From: Callorhinchus milii
Taxonomy: Eukaryota
Assembly (NCBI RefSeq): GCF_018977255.1
Contig: NW_024704742.1
Location: forward strand, 138,510,001 to 138,574,000
DNA: 64,000 nt
Direction: 5' to 3'
A program made the translations under genes and the position numbers. Below are positions 1-15,300 of this stretch, piece after piece. Position 1 is the first letter of the stretch; each line of letters starts with the position of its first letter. The notes under the pieces are model-generated. The model did no database searches and was not told where the DNA came from. It saw only the letters and a program-made list of their open reading frames with translations.

Positions 1-35
1 TCTGCAATCCTGAATAGAACTCTACCACAGGATAA

Positions 36-222
36 TAGTTTAGTCGCTCACACTCTCGCCTCAGGAGCAGGAGGTTTGTGGGTTCAAGCCCAACATCAGA
101 GACTAAGCTCACATCTGGGCCGACGCTCCAATGCAGCGCTGGGGGAATACTGCAATGTCAGAGGCCATCCGTCAGATGAGACATCACATCGAGCTCCCTG
201 TCTGTGTCTGTTGAGGTGGATA
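36..222 (+). mobile_element. Old DeuSINE (AmnSINE1/SacSINE1-like) fragment
   Basis: gtgggttcaagccc..gctccaatgcagcgctggggga..tgtcagagg..cagatgagac..aggtgga resembles the Deu core as I recall it. Further decayed copies at ~14200-14325, 18320-18435, 32400-32590, 38130-38425, 44950-45220 and 50915-51125. Confidence 0.7.
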
Positions 223-268
223 ATAAGGTTTAAGGGTAAAGGGGTAGAGGGTAAACATTAGGCTATAC

Positions 269-315
269 CTGTAGCTGTCCAGATCCTCATACATCTCTCC
301 ACCGGAATCCTCGTT
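269..315 (-). CDS. FYB1: FYB1 exon 6 ([16 protein letters not shown])
   Basis: 47 nt, phase 0-2; ttttgttttcag|AAC ... AG|gtatag; resembles human DSEGETYEDI. Confidence 0.88.
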
Positions 316-3300
316 CTGAAAACAAAAGTGTCATTTTAATCTTCGTCAGTTTAATCACCTTTAGCTTCTCCGATGTCAAACGTTAGGGCTTTGCTCACAA
401 GAGCTGAATACTGCAGACCTGCTTGGCCCAGGAAACGGTCTGGAGACCATCACAGAGGCCTGGCTCGATTCCCACATTCCATTGCCAGGCATGTCACCTT
501 GGGGCCAGTTCGGCTCCGAGGAGACCCCGCTAACCTCATCCCCAAGGAGGATAGTCACAGAATCTCTATCAGAGTGTGTTATACAGCGAGTTTCTCTGTC
601 ATGGCTTTGTTATACAGTGAACTGCATTGAATTTTGGGCACTGTACCTCAGGAAGGATATATTAGCTTTGGAGGGGGTGCAGAGCAGATTCACCAGAATG
701 ATACCGGGGTTTAAAGGGTTAAATTATGAGGACAGGTTGTATTAACTCGGTCTGTATTCCCTGAGGTTAGAAGGTTGAGGGCTGATCTGATTGAGGTGTG
801 TACCATGATAAAGGGATTCGATAGGCAGCGACAGAGAAACTATTGCCTCTGGTGAGGAATCCAGAACAAGGCATCATCTTAAAATTAGAGCCGGACATTT
901 AGCAGTGAAATCAGAGGCCGGTTTTCACCCAAAGGCCAATGGGAATCTGGAACTCTCTCTCTCTCTCTCCCCCCAAAAGACCTTGGATTATAACTGGATC
1001 CTTTCACATTGTCCAGCCTGAGGTGGAGAGATGTTTGTTAGGTCGGGGATCCAGGGATATGGGGCAAAGGCGGGTAATTGGAGTTGAGGTACAGATCAGC
1101 CATGATCGAAGATTATGGTGGAACAGGCTGGAGTGGCTGAATGGCCTCTCCTGTTCCTATGTTCTATGTTGCTGTAGACCTGGCCGGGGAGATGGAATCA
1201 CAGGGATTATCTGATGTAAAATCTCACCTCTTCGGGAGAGTTTGACCGTTTCTGGCGATCTGTAATTATAAATGTGATTACATTGTAAATAAGTACAAAT
1301 CAGATCATTGAACTGAGAGCTCAAACACACACTCAGATAGTCAGCACAACAACTAACCCACTCTTTCTCTCTCTCTCTCTGTTTTCTCTCTCACCCTTTC
1401 CCCCTCTGTGTCTTTCTCATTTCTTCCATTATTCTCTCTCTTTCTCTGTTTCCTTTTCTCTCTCCTCCCGTTGCTTTCTATCTTTCCAGTTCTATTTTGT
1501 TATTTTTCTCCCTCTCTCTCATGGAGACCTTGCGGAGTACTGTAGCTCACTGGTTGAAGCCCTCGCCCCGCAAGCGAAAGGACTTGGGTTTGATTCCTGG
1601 ACAGGGCAAAACATTGGGCAAGTTTCCTTACCCCACACGCCTCTGTTTACCAGCAGTCAGTAGGAACTCGGTTGTTAGTCGATTGGCGGATCACTTTTTC
1701 GGGGTAATAATCCCTCCAAAAAAAATAATAATTTGGTCACTCAATCCACGACTGTTTGTGGGACACTGCTGTGCGTAGTGTTTTGCCCGTAAAATATACA
1801 GTCACTACACCTTACAGTGTATGCTGTGAAGCGCTTTGAAGGCGTGATAAAGCGCTGTATCAAATGCAAGGATTATTATTATGAAATGTGAGACGAGGCG
1901 TTCAGAGCACAGTCAGACAGTGGAGCTGTGAGGAGGCCGAGCATACCTTCTAGTTTCAGTGGGGGGAGCGGGGGAGGTAAGGGTCCTGCTGGGGAGACAT
2001 CATCATAGTTCTGATCCTCCTCGTCCATCGGCAGCCTGTGGGCAAGAAGAAGGGTAATGCAATGGGAATACACTGAGCCCACACACCTACACACCCTCAC
2101 ACACCCATACACTCTCACACACACCCACACACACCCTCAAACACACCCACACACACCCACATACATACACACCGTCACACCCTCACAGACACGCACTCAC
2201 ACACACATACCCCCACACTCACACACCCACACACACACACACACACAGCCAGCCCTCGACTCCTCAGCCTCCACACCAATCCCTTACAACAACAACTTGC
2301 AGGGTAGTGTCCCAGAGCTTGACAGTGGCGGAGCACGATGCCGAGCCGGGGGGAGGTGACCTTAGGCACTGTCAAAGAGGAAGGTCTTCAGGCGTGATCT
2401 GAAAATGGGGAAGGAAGGGGCAAGGTGGAGGGATAGAGGAAGAGTGATCCAGAGTTTCGGGGCGTAGTGGCTGACAGCGAAACCACCGATGATGGACCGG
2501 AGGGAATGAGGGACAAATAGGATGGAGTCAGCTGAGTGGAGGCAGCGGGTGGTGGAGTGGGGGTAAGCAGGTCGGAGAGGATAAGGAACACATTAGGAAA
2601 CAATTCTGCCAATTTCTCCCCTTTGTTGATATAATAAACAGGTGGAACAGGCTGAGGGGCTGAATGGCCTCGCCCTCCCTGTGGTACTCACGTGTTGTCT
2701 GGAGCTTTCCCGGGCTGTGGCCTGGGAGGCAGACTGGGTCCTGCCGGGGCCGGGGCCGGAGGCTGCTTATTAGCCAGTTTGTTAAAGGCTGCAACATAGC
2801 AACACAGAGTGAATTACCATCTAGTCACCATCAGTCACCAACTCAGTCCGAACCTGTCTCCCCCTCCTCTCTCATCACCACTATAATCCGCATGAAACCG
2901 ACCACCTGCTCCCTCGACCCCATCCCTATCTGTCTCCTTACCTCCCAGCTTCACCTCCTTCCCCTCTGATCACTGACATCGTAAACCTCTCCCTGTCCTC
3001 TGGTGCTGTTCCCACCCCTTTAAAAACGGCCGTCATCACTCCTTAAAAAACCCTCCCTGAACCCTTCTCCACTCCCTAACTACTGCCCCATCTCCAACCT
3101 CCCCTTCCTCTCCAAAGTCCTGGAACGAGTTGTTGCTTCTCAGCTTCGTTCCTTCCTCTCCCGTCACTCCCTTCACAAACCCCTCCAATCGGGTTTCCGT
3201 GCCGCCCACAGCACAGAGACAGCTCTGGTCAAAGTGACAAATGACATTCTGTCCATCTGCGACCAGGGCTCCCTCTGCCTCCTCGTCCTCCTTGACCTCT

Positions 3301-6300
3301 CTGCTGTTTTCGACGCTGTTGACCACTCTATCCTCATCCACAGTCTCTCCTCTCATCTCAACTTTCACTGTTTTGTCCTTGACTGGTTCAGATCAAATCT
3401 CTCACACCGCCTCCACTTCATCTCCTCAAACGGTTTCTCCTCTAGTCCCCGGATTGTCTCGGGCGGTGTTCCTCAGGGCTCTGTCCTTGGTTCCCTCCTC
3501 TTCAACATCTATGTGCTCCCTCTTGTGACGTCATCTGCAGACATGGGGTCAACTTCCACATGTATGTGGATGACACCCAACTCTCCCTCTTGACTCCAGG
3601 ACCCACTGCTGTCCTGACAGAATGTCTGTCACACGTCAAGTCCTGGATGAGGGCAAACTTTCTACAGTCAACAAGACCGAGGCTCCTGATTGGCTCCCGT
3701 CAGCGCCTCCTCACCTCAGGCGCCGACAGCATCACCATCCCTGGGGCTCACTCCCCCTCACTGCGCCAGTCCAGGAACCTTGGGGTCTGGTTTGATCCTC
3801 AGCTATCTTTTCTACCTCAAATTTGTGCCATGACCTGCTCTGCCTTCCCCACCTCCGCAACATGGCCCGACTCCCCCACCGTCTCACACCACAGCCCCCG
3901 AGACCCTCACACACACCTCCATTACAGCCAGACTCCACTATGCAAACTCCCTCCTTGTCGGCCCCCAACTCCTCCCTCCACAGACTGCAGATCATCCCGA
4001 ACTAACTCTGCAGCCCGTGTCCTCTCCCCCACCCCATCACCCCCATCATCACCCCTACCAGGGTCCCTCACCGCATCACCCACATCCTCACCCCCATCAG
4101 GCTCCCCGACTATATCACTTCAATCCTCATACCCACCAGGCTCCCCGACTTCATCAAACCCATCCTCACCCACACCAGGCTCCCCGACTCCATCACCCCA
4201 TCCTCACCCCACCTGGCTCCCCGACCCCATCACCCCCATCCTCACCCCCACCGGCTCCCCGACCCCATCACCCCCAAGCTCACCCCCACCAGGCTCTGGA
4301 CCCATCACCCCCATCCTCAACCCCACCAGGCTCCCCAGCCCCATCACCCCCATTCTCACCCCACCAGGCTCCCCGACCCCATCACCCCCATCCTCACCCC
4401 CACCAGGCTCCCCAACCCCATCACCCCCATCCTCACCCCACCAGGCTCCCGACCCCATCACCCCCATCCTCACCCCCACCAGGCTCCCCGACCCCCACCC
4501 CCCCATCCTCACCCCCACCGGCTCCCCGACCCCATCACCCCCAAGCTCACCCCCACCAGGCTCTGTGAACCCATCACCCCCATCCTCACCCCCACCAGGC
4601 TCCCCGACCCCATCACCCCCATCCTCACCCCCACCGGCTCCCCGACCCCATCATCCCCATCCTCACCCCCACCAGGCTTCCCGACCCCATCACACACTTC
4701 CTCACCCCCACCAGGCTCCCCGACCCCATCACCCCATCCTCACCCCCACCAGCCACCCGACCCCATCAACCCATCCTCACCCCAACCTGGCTCCCCGACC
4801 GCATCACCACCATCCTCACCCCCAGCAGGCTCCATGACACTATCACCTCCATCCTCACCCGACTCTTCTGACTTCGCATCATACAGAGGATACAGTTCAA
4901 GATCCTGGTTCTCACCTTCAAAGCCCTCCATGGTCTTTCTCCCCCCCACCTCCTCGACCTCCTAACCCCCTACCATCCTGCTCACTCCCTCCGCTCAGTG
5001 GCCTCTGGTCTGCTTCATGTCTGCCACTTTGCCAGCCCCACCACTGGCAGGTGGGCCTTCTGCCACTCTGCCCCCACCCTCTGGAACTCCATGCTGCAGT
5101 CCCTCCATCTCACCCGCTCCCTCGCCACCTTCAAGACCCATCTCACGACCCTCCTCTTCGACCGTGCTTTTGATCACTCTGCTTCCCCCCCTGCTCTCCA
5201 CCCTCCCCAATTGTGACCCCCAGCTTGGGTCCGAAACACTGACTGTCCAGCGCCTTGGGACGTCCTCCCAACATGAAAGGCGCTTTACACATGTCATTTT
5301 GTTGTTGTTGTCAGTCACCATGAGACACCGTCATCTCCAGCACCCGAAAGGATTGTGAGAGACCTGATATGTTATGGTTTTTACATTATGTAAGTTATCG
5401 TTTCCGCTACTGACATAAGAGTGACACCCCAGGCTTATCACAATAATAATAGTCCTTGTATTTGATATAGCGCCTTATCACTTTGAGACATCTCAAAGTG
5501 CTTCACAGGATATACTATAAAATGGATTGACTGCACTTTTTGGGGGCGAATCATAGCAGTCAACTGTGCTCAGGTGTCCCACAGCCAGTCGTGGATTGAG
5601 TGACCAAATTATTATAATTTATTTCGTTTTTTTTATGACTTGGAAAGCAGGATCCTGATGACCAATGCACTGACTGCTTAGGTGTGGTGAGGCGGGCAGG
5701 GGCTGCCCGAAGTATCTCCCTAGAGGACACCTTGTTGGTTTGAGCTTACGTGATGATCAGTTGATTTCATCTTGTGGGTTTGCGGGTTTGTGAATCCATC
5801 GGAGGGTTTTGTCATCTTTGTAGTGTTCAGTCCTGGTCTGAATGGTTGCATGATTGGCCTAACCACAGAGACTAAGTGTGCGAGTGTGTGTGTGAGTGTG
5901 TGTGTGTGGTGGGGGGAGCAGATATGGGTGGAGATATCAAGCTAGCCTTTCATGAGAGCACACAGCACTGGCTGGTCTCAATAATAATAATACTACTAAT
6001 CCTTGCATTTGATATAGAGCTTTTCATGTCTTCTCGACGTCTCAAAGTGCTTCACAGAATATACTGTAAAGTGAATTGACTGTATATATTTGGGTGAAAC
6101 GGGGCAGCCAATTGCACACTGCAGTGTCCCACAAACAGCCGTGGATTGAAAGTGACCAATTTATTATTGTTTTTGGAGGGATTACTATTAGGTGTGTGGA
6201 GTAAGGAAACTTGCCCGAGGTTTGGCCCTGTCTGGGATTGAACCCAGGTGTCTCGCTTGCAAAGCGAGTGCTCTAACCACTGAGCTGCAGGACTCCAATA

Positions 6301-9300
6301 AGACTACTAATAATAGTCCTGGCATCTAATATAGTGCCTCATCACGTCTTCTGGACATCTCAAAGCATTTCACAGAATATACAGAAACCCTCACACACGC
6401 TTTCATTATATCCAGGCTCGACTATGCAAACTCCCTGCTTGTCGGCCCCCAACTCCTCCCTCCATAGGCTGCAGATCCTCCAGAACTAACTCTGCAGCCC
6501 ATGTCCTCTCCCCCACCAGGCTCCGTGACCCCATCACCCCCATCCTCGCCCCCACCAGGCTCCTTGACCCTATCACCCCCATCCTCGCCCAACTCCACTG
6601 GCTTCCCATCACACAGAGGATACAGTTCAAAATCCTGGTCCTCACTTTCAAAGCCCTCCATGGTCTTGCTCCTCCCTACCTCTGTGACCTCCTACCCCCC
6701 TACCATCCTGCTTGCTCCCTCTGCTCAGCGGATTCCAGCCTGCTTCACGTCCCGCACCTTGAACGGCCTTCTATTGGCGGATGGGCCTTCAGCCACTCTG
6801 TGGACTCCATCCCACAGTCCCTCCGTCTCACCCCCTCTCTCGCCTCCTTCAAGACCCATCTCAAGACCCTCCTCTTCGACTGTGGTTTCGATCTCCCTGC
6901 TTCCCTTCCTGCCCTCCACCCTCGCCGATCCCGATCCGACCCCAGCTCGGGTCCATAACTCTGTCTGTCCAGCACTTTGGGACATCTTCCCAACGTGAAA
7001 GGCGCTTTACACATGGAATTTTATTATTGTTATTGTAAGGAAACTTGCTCAACGTTTCGCCCTGCCCGGGAATTGAACCCAGGTCCTCTCTTGCGAGACA
7101 AGTGCTTTGACCACTGAGCTACATGACCTCTTGCAATGGAATTAATAGGTCCAGCTCCCAAGTACTGTGTCCAGCTGTGGTCAGGCCACATCTGGAAACT
7201 GTCCAGCTCTGCTAACGAGACACAAGGAACAGTGGTTGAGGCAGAATATTAGCTTTCAAAAGGGAACCAGATAAATAGGATTAAACTGTGGAGTGCTGGA
7301 GCTCAGTGGTTAGAGCACTCGCCTCGCAAGCGAAGAGGACCAAACCTTAGGCAAGTTTCCTTACTCCACGCCTCTGGTTACCGAGCAATAAGTAAGAACC
7401 CGTTTGTTAGTCGATAGGCAGATCACTTTTCCTGCGATAATCTGGTCACTCAATCCACAATGCTGTGCGCAATTGGCTGCCGCGTTTGTCCACAAAATAT
7501 ACAGTCACTACACTTTGCAGTATATTCTGTGAAGCGCTTTGAGGGGTGATCAGGCGCTATATCAAATGCAAAGATTATCATTCTAAACTATAGGGGTAGG
7601 GAGGGTTAGTGGGGGGTGTAGCGGCGGGGATGGGGGGGGAGGGAGTGTAGCGGGGAGGGCGGAGCAGTGGGGTAGAGGGGGGAAGAGCATGGAAATGGGG
7701 CTGAAATGGTGCACAGACACGATGGGCTGAATGGACGCCTTCTGTGTGTAAATGTCTATGATTGAGCTGAGGTCACGGCTCAGATCTCTCTCTCTATCTC
7801 TCTATCTATCTCTTTATCTCTCTGTCTATCTTTGTGTCTTTCTTTATCTCTGATCTCTTTCTCCGTATCTATTTTTCTCTACTGTTTCTCTTCTATCCTT
7901 ATGTGTTTCTTTATCTATAGTACCTGTACATCTCTTTTTGTATCTCTCTGTCCTTCTATTTATGTCTGTCTGTCTGTCTCCCTTTATCTGCCTCTCTATT
8001 TATCTTGTCCCCCAGTTCGGCCCCGGGATCCATTACTATGAAGCGCTCTGAGACGCCGTCCGGCGTGGAGGGCGCTATATAAATCCAAGTTGTTGTTGTG
8101 TATGTGTGTGTGTCTCTCTCACTTTCCGTCTCTCTCTCACTTTGTGTGTGTGTGTGCCTCTCTCTATTTGGGTGATGTTCTTATGCTCAGGAGGAAGTGA
8201 GCAGAGGAGAAGTTGGTTGCTGGTTTTCCTGTGTGCTAAGCTGTATCCTGTGTGTGCTCAGCACTAGTTTCTAACACAGAGAGACCAGCCGCTGACATTG
8301 CCCAGAGCAACTCATCTGCGTTATTTACCAGCACCAGGGACAGGCCGGCGCCAACACGCCATGCACACGCACACCACCGCCCGTCACTTCACATCACTTC
8401 ACTATGCAACATCTGTCTGCACGGTGGCAGCTCTCACAGTCACCACTCAGTTTGTAGCGCTCTCAGCTCCGAGTCAGAACGTTGAGCTCCAGGTTCAAAC
8501 CCGCACGTCTGGGTCTTTCACACTCCAGCACAGCGCTGGGGGGGAAAGAGAGCTGCATTGCAGTCTGTAGCTCAGTGGTTAGAGCCCTCGTCTCGCAACC
8601 GAGAGGACCTGGGTTTGATTCCCGGCAGGGTGAAACGTTGGGCAAGTTTCCTCACTCCACACACACGCCTCTGTTTACCAGCAGTGAGTAAGAACCCGGT
8701 TGTTAGTCGATTGGCGGATCACTTTTCCGAGGGTAATAATCCCTTCAAAATAAATAATAATAATTTGGTCACTCAATCCACGGCTGTTTGTGGGACGCTG
8801 CTGTGCGCAATTGGCTGCAGTGTTTCGCCCACAAAATATGCAGTCACTACGCTTTACACTGTATTCTGCGAAGCGCTTTGCAACATCTCGAAGGAGTGTC
8901 TCATCTGTGACTGTTTAGGTGGACGAGGATCCCAAGGCCCTGTTGGAAACGGGAGGGATTCCTGCCCAACAAACTAATCGCCCTGGATCAATCGCTCAGG
9001 AACATGGCGGCTTGCGGACTCCCCACCTCCCCCAGCGCTGTGTGTAAAATGACTGCAAACACACAGTCACTTGGCAACAATTCCCTGTTTACACCGCCGA
9101 ATCAGAGTCCTGTAGCTCAGTGGTTAGAGCACTCGCTTTGCAAGTGAGGGACCTGAGTTCAATTCCCGGGGGGTCAGGGCAAGACCTTGGGCAAGTTTCC
9201 TTACTCCACACAGAGCCTAATAATAATCCCTCCAAAACCAAAACAATAATAAATTGGTCATTTTCAATCTACGACTGTTTGTGGGACATTGCTGTGCGCA

Positions 9301-12300
9301 ATTGGCTGCCGCGTTCGCCCACAAATATACAGTCAATTCACTTTACAGTGTGTTCTGTGAAGCGCTTTGGGACGTCCTCCCCACGTGAAAGCGCTATATC
9401 AAATGCAAGGATTATTATTATTATATTATCAACATAATTCTCACGTTCAATACAGTCAGTGCCTTTCACATCAGCAGCAAGTCTCACAGCGCTTCACAGC
9501 ATTCACTGTAACGTGTAGTGACTGTGGGTTTTGTAGGAAACCACAACACAACACACAACAGCATACAAACAGCCAGGAAGCGACTGAGTGAATTTGTTTG
9601 CGAGATTGTTGGCCTGGACCCAGGGGGGGAACTCTCTTCCCGGGTATATGTGCGCTACGGGCTCTTTAACAGACCCTGCCCCTCTCTACCTCTGTGACCT
9701 GCTAACCCCATATCAACCTGTCCGCTCCCTCCACTCAGCAGGTGCTGGCCTGCCCCATGTACCCTGCCCGCCCCCCCCCAACCATCATCAGTGGGGCCTT
9801 CAGCCTCTCTGCCCCCATCCTTTGGAACTCCATCCCACAGTCCCTTCCCCTCGTTCTCTCCCTCGCCTCCTTCAAGGCCCGTCTCAAGACCCTCCTCCTC
9901 AACTGCGCCTTCAGTCGCCCTCCTATACCCTCCCTCCCTGCCCTCCACCCTCCTGATCCCAAAGCCGCACCCCCCCACCAGTTTGGGTCCAAATCTCTGA
10001 CTGTCCAGCGCCTTGGGACGTCTTCCCTTCTCTCCTCCCTGCTGTGAGATGGTCAGTGCTGTGAGATGGTCACTGTGAGAGACACTGTGTGAGCGGGAGC
10101 TGTTGTGAAGCCGGGAGACTAACTGTGGGAGCGAGTGTGCACAGTGTGTGTGGAGCAGAGTCAGGCACTGTCCGCCCCCTGTTATGTCAGCATTGTTTAC
10201 TTCCTCTTCTCCACTTCCTGATTTGAATAAAGTAAAATTTGGGAACTGTCATAACTGCCGTCAGGTCAGTTTCCCAACATCCTGCAGCTCAGAGCCTCAA
10301 CATAATGACAGCTCAGCAGGACATTCACCCCATCGTCCTCGCTCCCCCACTGTCGCTCTCTAGTCCAACCCCATTCCCTCCCTCTCTCCCCCCACTGGAG
10401 GCCCAGGGGAGCTTGAGATGGCTTTTGGGAGAGTGGGAGGGGATGGAATGGCTGTACGTTTGCTGCTGATGTTGGTCCGGTCGGGGCGGGGGGCACGGAG
10501 CAGGCTGGTGCCCGCTGAGCTCCACGCCGGTGACTAAATGCATCTGTTCTGCCTGAGTAACTGTAGCTGAAACCTGAGTGTAATAAAGGAAGTTGTTGAG
10601 CGGCTTGGCTGGGCTCCTGAAGTCTCTGAGGACAGCTCAGCTGTGCAGCGACTCTCACAAGTGGCACGTGACACTGACCTCGACACCACATCCACTCACT
10701 CTCTCTCAGCACCGGTATGTCCCAGGTCCAATCACTTCCTTCCTCTCTCTATTTTATCAATACGACTATCAGCTCCTCTGTCCACAAAGGCTGTGGCTTC
10801 ACAGCCCACGTGACGGCTGGGAATTGGAACCATATCAACCTGTCCCCTCCCTCCACTCAGCAGCCTCTGGCCTGCTCCACATCCCTCGCCCGCCCTGCTA
10901 CCCACCGTCGGGCCTTCAGCCTCTCTGCCCCCATCCTCTGGAACTCCATCCCACGGTCCCTTCCTCTCGCTCCCTCCCTGGCCTCCTTCAGGACCCATCT
11001 CAAGACCCTCCTCTTTGACCAGCCCTTCAGCCACCCTCCTACCCCTACCTTCCCTGTCCTTCACTCCTCCTGATCCTAACCCCCAGCTCGGGTCCAAAAT
11101 CCGTGACTGTCCAGCGCCTTGGGACGTCCTCCTGACGTGAAAGGCGCTGCGTAAATGTGATGTGTTGTTGTTGTCCCAGGCTGAGTGCCAGCCCGCCCGC
11201 CTGTTCAGGATTACACAACCAGAGGCCTTCAAAGGCACAGAAGAAGACCATTCGGCCCACTGTGCCCAATCCTGGCTCAATCAGTGCCACTCAGACTCCT
11301 GCAGATCACTGCTTTTCGGATATCTGTGCAGATATCAAAGCTAATGTGAATTTGTTAACAATCCCAGGAAACAATTGCAAAAGAGAAGGGAGTTTTTCTC
11401 TCCCTGTGTCCCTGTGTCCTGACCAACGATTGCCCAGACAAAGTGCTCATTGCTTCATAGCTGTTTGCCACATCCATATTTACAGCCGGGAGAGGGTGGT
11501 GGTGGGGGGAGGGGAGGGGAGGGGAGTTGACCATAAATATGGTCGAATAGGAATCAAACCCAGGTCCTCTCACTTGCGAGGCGAGGGCCCTAACCACTGA
11601 GCGACAGGACTCCACAGGATTATATGAAGGTATACCGGACACAACAGGGATAGCGAAAGTAAACTCAGAACTCTCCGTACACAGCGCCAGAAATGGAGAG
11701 GGGAAGTTTTGACCAGACCCCAGGAAGTATTTCTGTACACAGAGCTGAGCAAAGGGTGGTTTTGGAAGCTGGTTCTTGTTGCAGAAAAGCAGCTTTCAGT
11801 TTCAGGCGGGCTCCTCACCTTCACATTAGCTTTCTTTACGTGTGAGACACTGCACAGCTCAACCAAGCCTGCGTTCAAGACGAGACACACGCTCTGATCC
11901 AAATAGCAGGCGGACAGGGTATTTATAACAGTGCAGTGGGCTGCTTCAACTCTCGCCTCACTTCGCTAAGCCTCGCCTCGCCAAGCCATGGTTTCCAGCT
12001 GAGGAAATGCTCCGTCAACACTTTCTCCTCCAGCCTCACTGCACCGGCTCCGCAATCAGTCCTCACACACCGCAACCTAGCACTGCCTCTGTGTGAGTGT
12101 GCGTGCGTCTCCCCAGTTCCAGCCCTCTTCCTCCATCCACCCCCTTCACCACCCCTGAAACCGGGTGAATCATTTATGGCAACAAATTGCTCTGACTCAG
12201 GATCCTCCACAATATATAGTTTGGGATACGACATGGCAAGTGACGGCCAGGAAGGTGGAACGTGAACTGGATGGACCGTAGTCTTTTTATAGTCTTAGAA

Positions 12301-15300
12301 AATTCTTACGTCCCTCCCCCACCCCCCTAACACCGCACCCCCCACCCTCCACACACCACCCGGATAAACAGCTCAAAGATTTCACAGAAGCCACAGGGAG
12401 GAGAGAGTGTGGGCTGGGCGGGTGACGTGGAATATGCCAGAGCTGCTGAGTGGTGGGAGCGAACGGGTTGATATGGGATTAGCAGCATTGCCAGACTCCG
12501 CCACTGCCTCAGCCCTCGGCTGCCGAAACCCTCACCACGCATTCGTCACCTCAAGGCTCGATTAGGGGAACTCCCTCCTCATCGGCCTTCCCACCTCTTC
12601 CCTTCACAATCTACAGATCATCCAGAACTCTGCAGCTCGTGTGCTCTCGGGCACCAGACTCCGTGACCCCATCACTCCCCCCCTCGCCCGACTCCACTGG
12701 CTCCCCATCCCCCAGAGGATTGAATTCACGATCCTCGTCCTCACCTTTAAGGCCATCCATGGCCTCGCCCCCTACTACCTCTCTGACCTGCTGACTCCCT
12801 ACCAACCTGCCCACTCCCTCCGTTTATCGGGCTCCGGCTACTCCATGTCTCCCGCCCTACCATCGGTGACCGGGCTTTCAGCCACTCTGCCCCCACACTC
12901 TGGAACTCCATCCCACGGTCCCTTCGCCTCGCTTCCTCCCTCGCCTCCTTCAAGGCCGGCCTCAAGACCCTTCTCTTCGATCATGCCTTTGAACTCTATG
13001 CTCTGGGGGATGGGGAGCCAGTGGAGCCGGGCCAGGGTGGGGAACCTAGGAACAGGAGGCCATTCTGCCCTTCAACCTGCTCCACCAGTTTATTTTTAGG
13101 GCAGATTCCTTGAATCAGGCGTGGATTCTAGCGCTGCTAGAAATCACTCTCTAAACCTATGAATTCCTTCATTATTTTACATCTGAATCACATGTGATTC
13201 CACTCAAAGGAAACTAACCTCGGTCTCCAGCCTCTATCAAGTATAAACATCTCAACACACTTCACAGCAACTCACACGTAGAACTCGCACTCAATTTCAA
13301 GATCCTCACACTCATCTTCAAACCCTTCATGTCCTGCCCTCCCTCCCTCTCCGACCTGCTTGCCCGCCCAACCTACTACCCGCTGCCTCCGCTCGACTGG
13401 CTCCAGCCTCCGGTATGTCCCTTGTGCCCTCCATTCTACCATCGGTGGTCTCGCTTTCAGCCACTAACAGCCCAAAACCCTGGAACACTCTCCCCCTATC
13501 CCTCCACCTCGTCCCCTCTTTACCCATCTTCAGGTCGTGCCTGAAGCCCTTTCTCTTCGATCGTGCCTGCGGTCACCTCCCCCTCCTCCCGGCTCGGTGT
13601 CGCACTCCGCCAGCGTCAAGCGCTCTGGGACGGTGTCCTGAATGAGGGGCGCTGGGTTGTGATTGCGATGCTTGCACAACGCAGTTTGAGACGTCTCGAA
13701 GACGTGATAAGACGCTATATCAAATGCACGGATTATTATTATTATTATTATGTTAATAATAGCGTTGATGGAAAGCTTCTCTGTTGCGTGCGGTTTGAAG
13801 GACCTGAAACAGGAGCCAGCAGAGGCGGTAGCTTCTCTGCTCATTCTGCAAACTTCCCCTCCCTGTCTATCTGCACGGAGTCACGCTTCGGCTGGAGTGA
13901 GAGAGTGAGAGAGAGACTGGCAAATGGACACCCTACCCCTGGCCCAGAAACTGCCTGAGCCCAGAACGACACCCAATAGAACTCTTTAATCTTTATTTCC
14001 TTTCCAGATCGGATCACACCCTTATTCGCAGCTCACAATGCACCAACAATAGAAGAAAGAACTTGATCTTTATCATCTCACAGCATCTCACAAACACTTG
14101 CTGCCGATAGGGACTTGTTTTACCGGCAATTGCAGCAACTATTTGTCACGCACAACATGACACAAACAGCTGGGAATTAAACAAAAATTTTATCTGTCAG
14201 CCAGGAGAGAGAGAGAGACTCTTTTCCCTTTTCCCATAGGGCTGCAAGATGTTTAACGTCCACCTGAACAGGGCACAGACAGGAATCCGGTTTAATGTAT
14301 TATCTGAAGGATGGCGTCTCTGACAACAATGATAATAATAATAATCCCTGCATTTGATATGGTACCTCATAATTTTGCCCACAAAATGCACAGTCAATCC
14401 ACTTTACAGTGTATTCTGTGAAGCGCTTTGAGCCGTCTCGAATCAAGTGCAAGGATTATTATCATCACGTCTTCAGGACGTCTCAAAGTGCTTCACAGAA
14501 TATACTGTAAAGTGAATTTACTGTATTTTGTGGGCGAATCTCAGCAGCTAATTGCGCACAGCAGTGTCCCACAAACAGTCGCAGATTGAGTTATTAATAA
14601 TTCATAATTATTCCGTAATAATTTACTTGCCCAAGGTTGCGCCCTGCCCGGGAATCGATCCCAGGTCTTCTTGCTTGTGAGGGGAGTGCTCTGTGGGAAA
14701 CTGCTGTGTGCAATTGGCTGCCGCATTGCACCCACAAAATACAGTCACTACACTTTACAATATATTCTGTGAAGCTCTCGCCGCATGCATGGGTGGACTT
14801 TAACACACTCACAGACACCCTTGCCCTCTTTCACTGTGTGTGTATTTGTGTACACTTTAACTCTCACACTCATATCTAAATCAGACAGACACCCACACAC
14901 ACTTCTCCCTCTCACCACTCAAACGATAACTTGCACAAATACTAAACTATTCATGTTGGATAATGTCCTGAAGCAATTCACAGAGATGGGGATAGTGAGC
15001 AGGGAGGAGAGGAGAGAAGGGGCGAGGAGAGGAGAGGAGAGAGAGCATCTTAACTAGAGGCTGAGCATCTTAACTGGAGGTACCATCAGAGCGAGGGAGA
15101 AAAGGACTTTGTTTTTTGATCAGCCGGGTGTCTGACACACACACAAACCTGTCACCGTGACCAGCCAGGTGTCTGACACACACACACACACACAAACCCG
15201 TCACCGTGACCAACCGGTGTCTGACACACACAAAGACCCATCACCGTGACCAACGGGTGTCTTGACACACACAACTCCATCACCGTGACCAGCCGGGTGT

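Noticed and set aside
3560..4837. 425-aa extensin-like Pro/Ser ORF and overlapping His/Pro and Gly-rich ORFs
   Set aside because: Translation of the 39-bp L2 minisatellite in several frames; not a gene.
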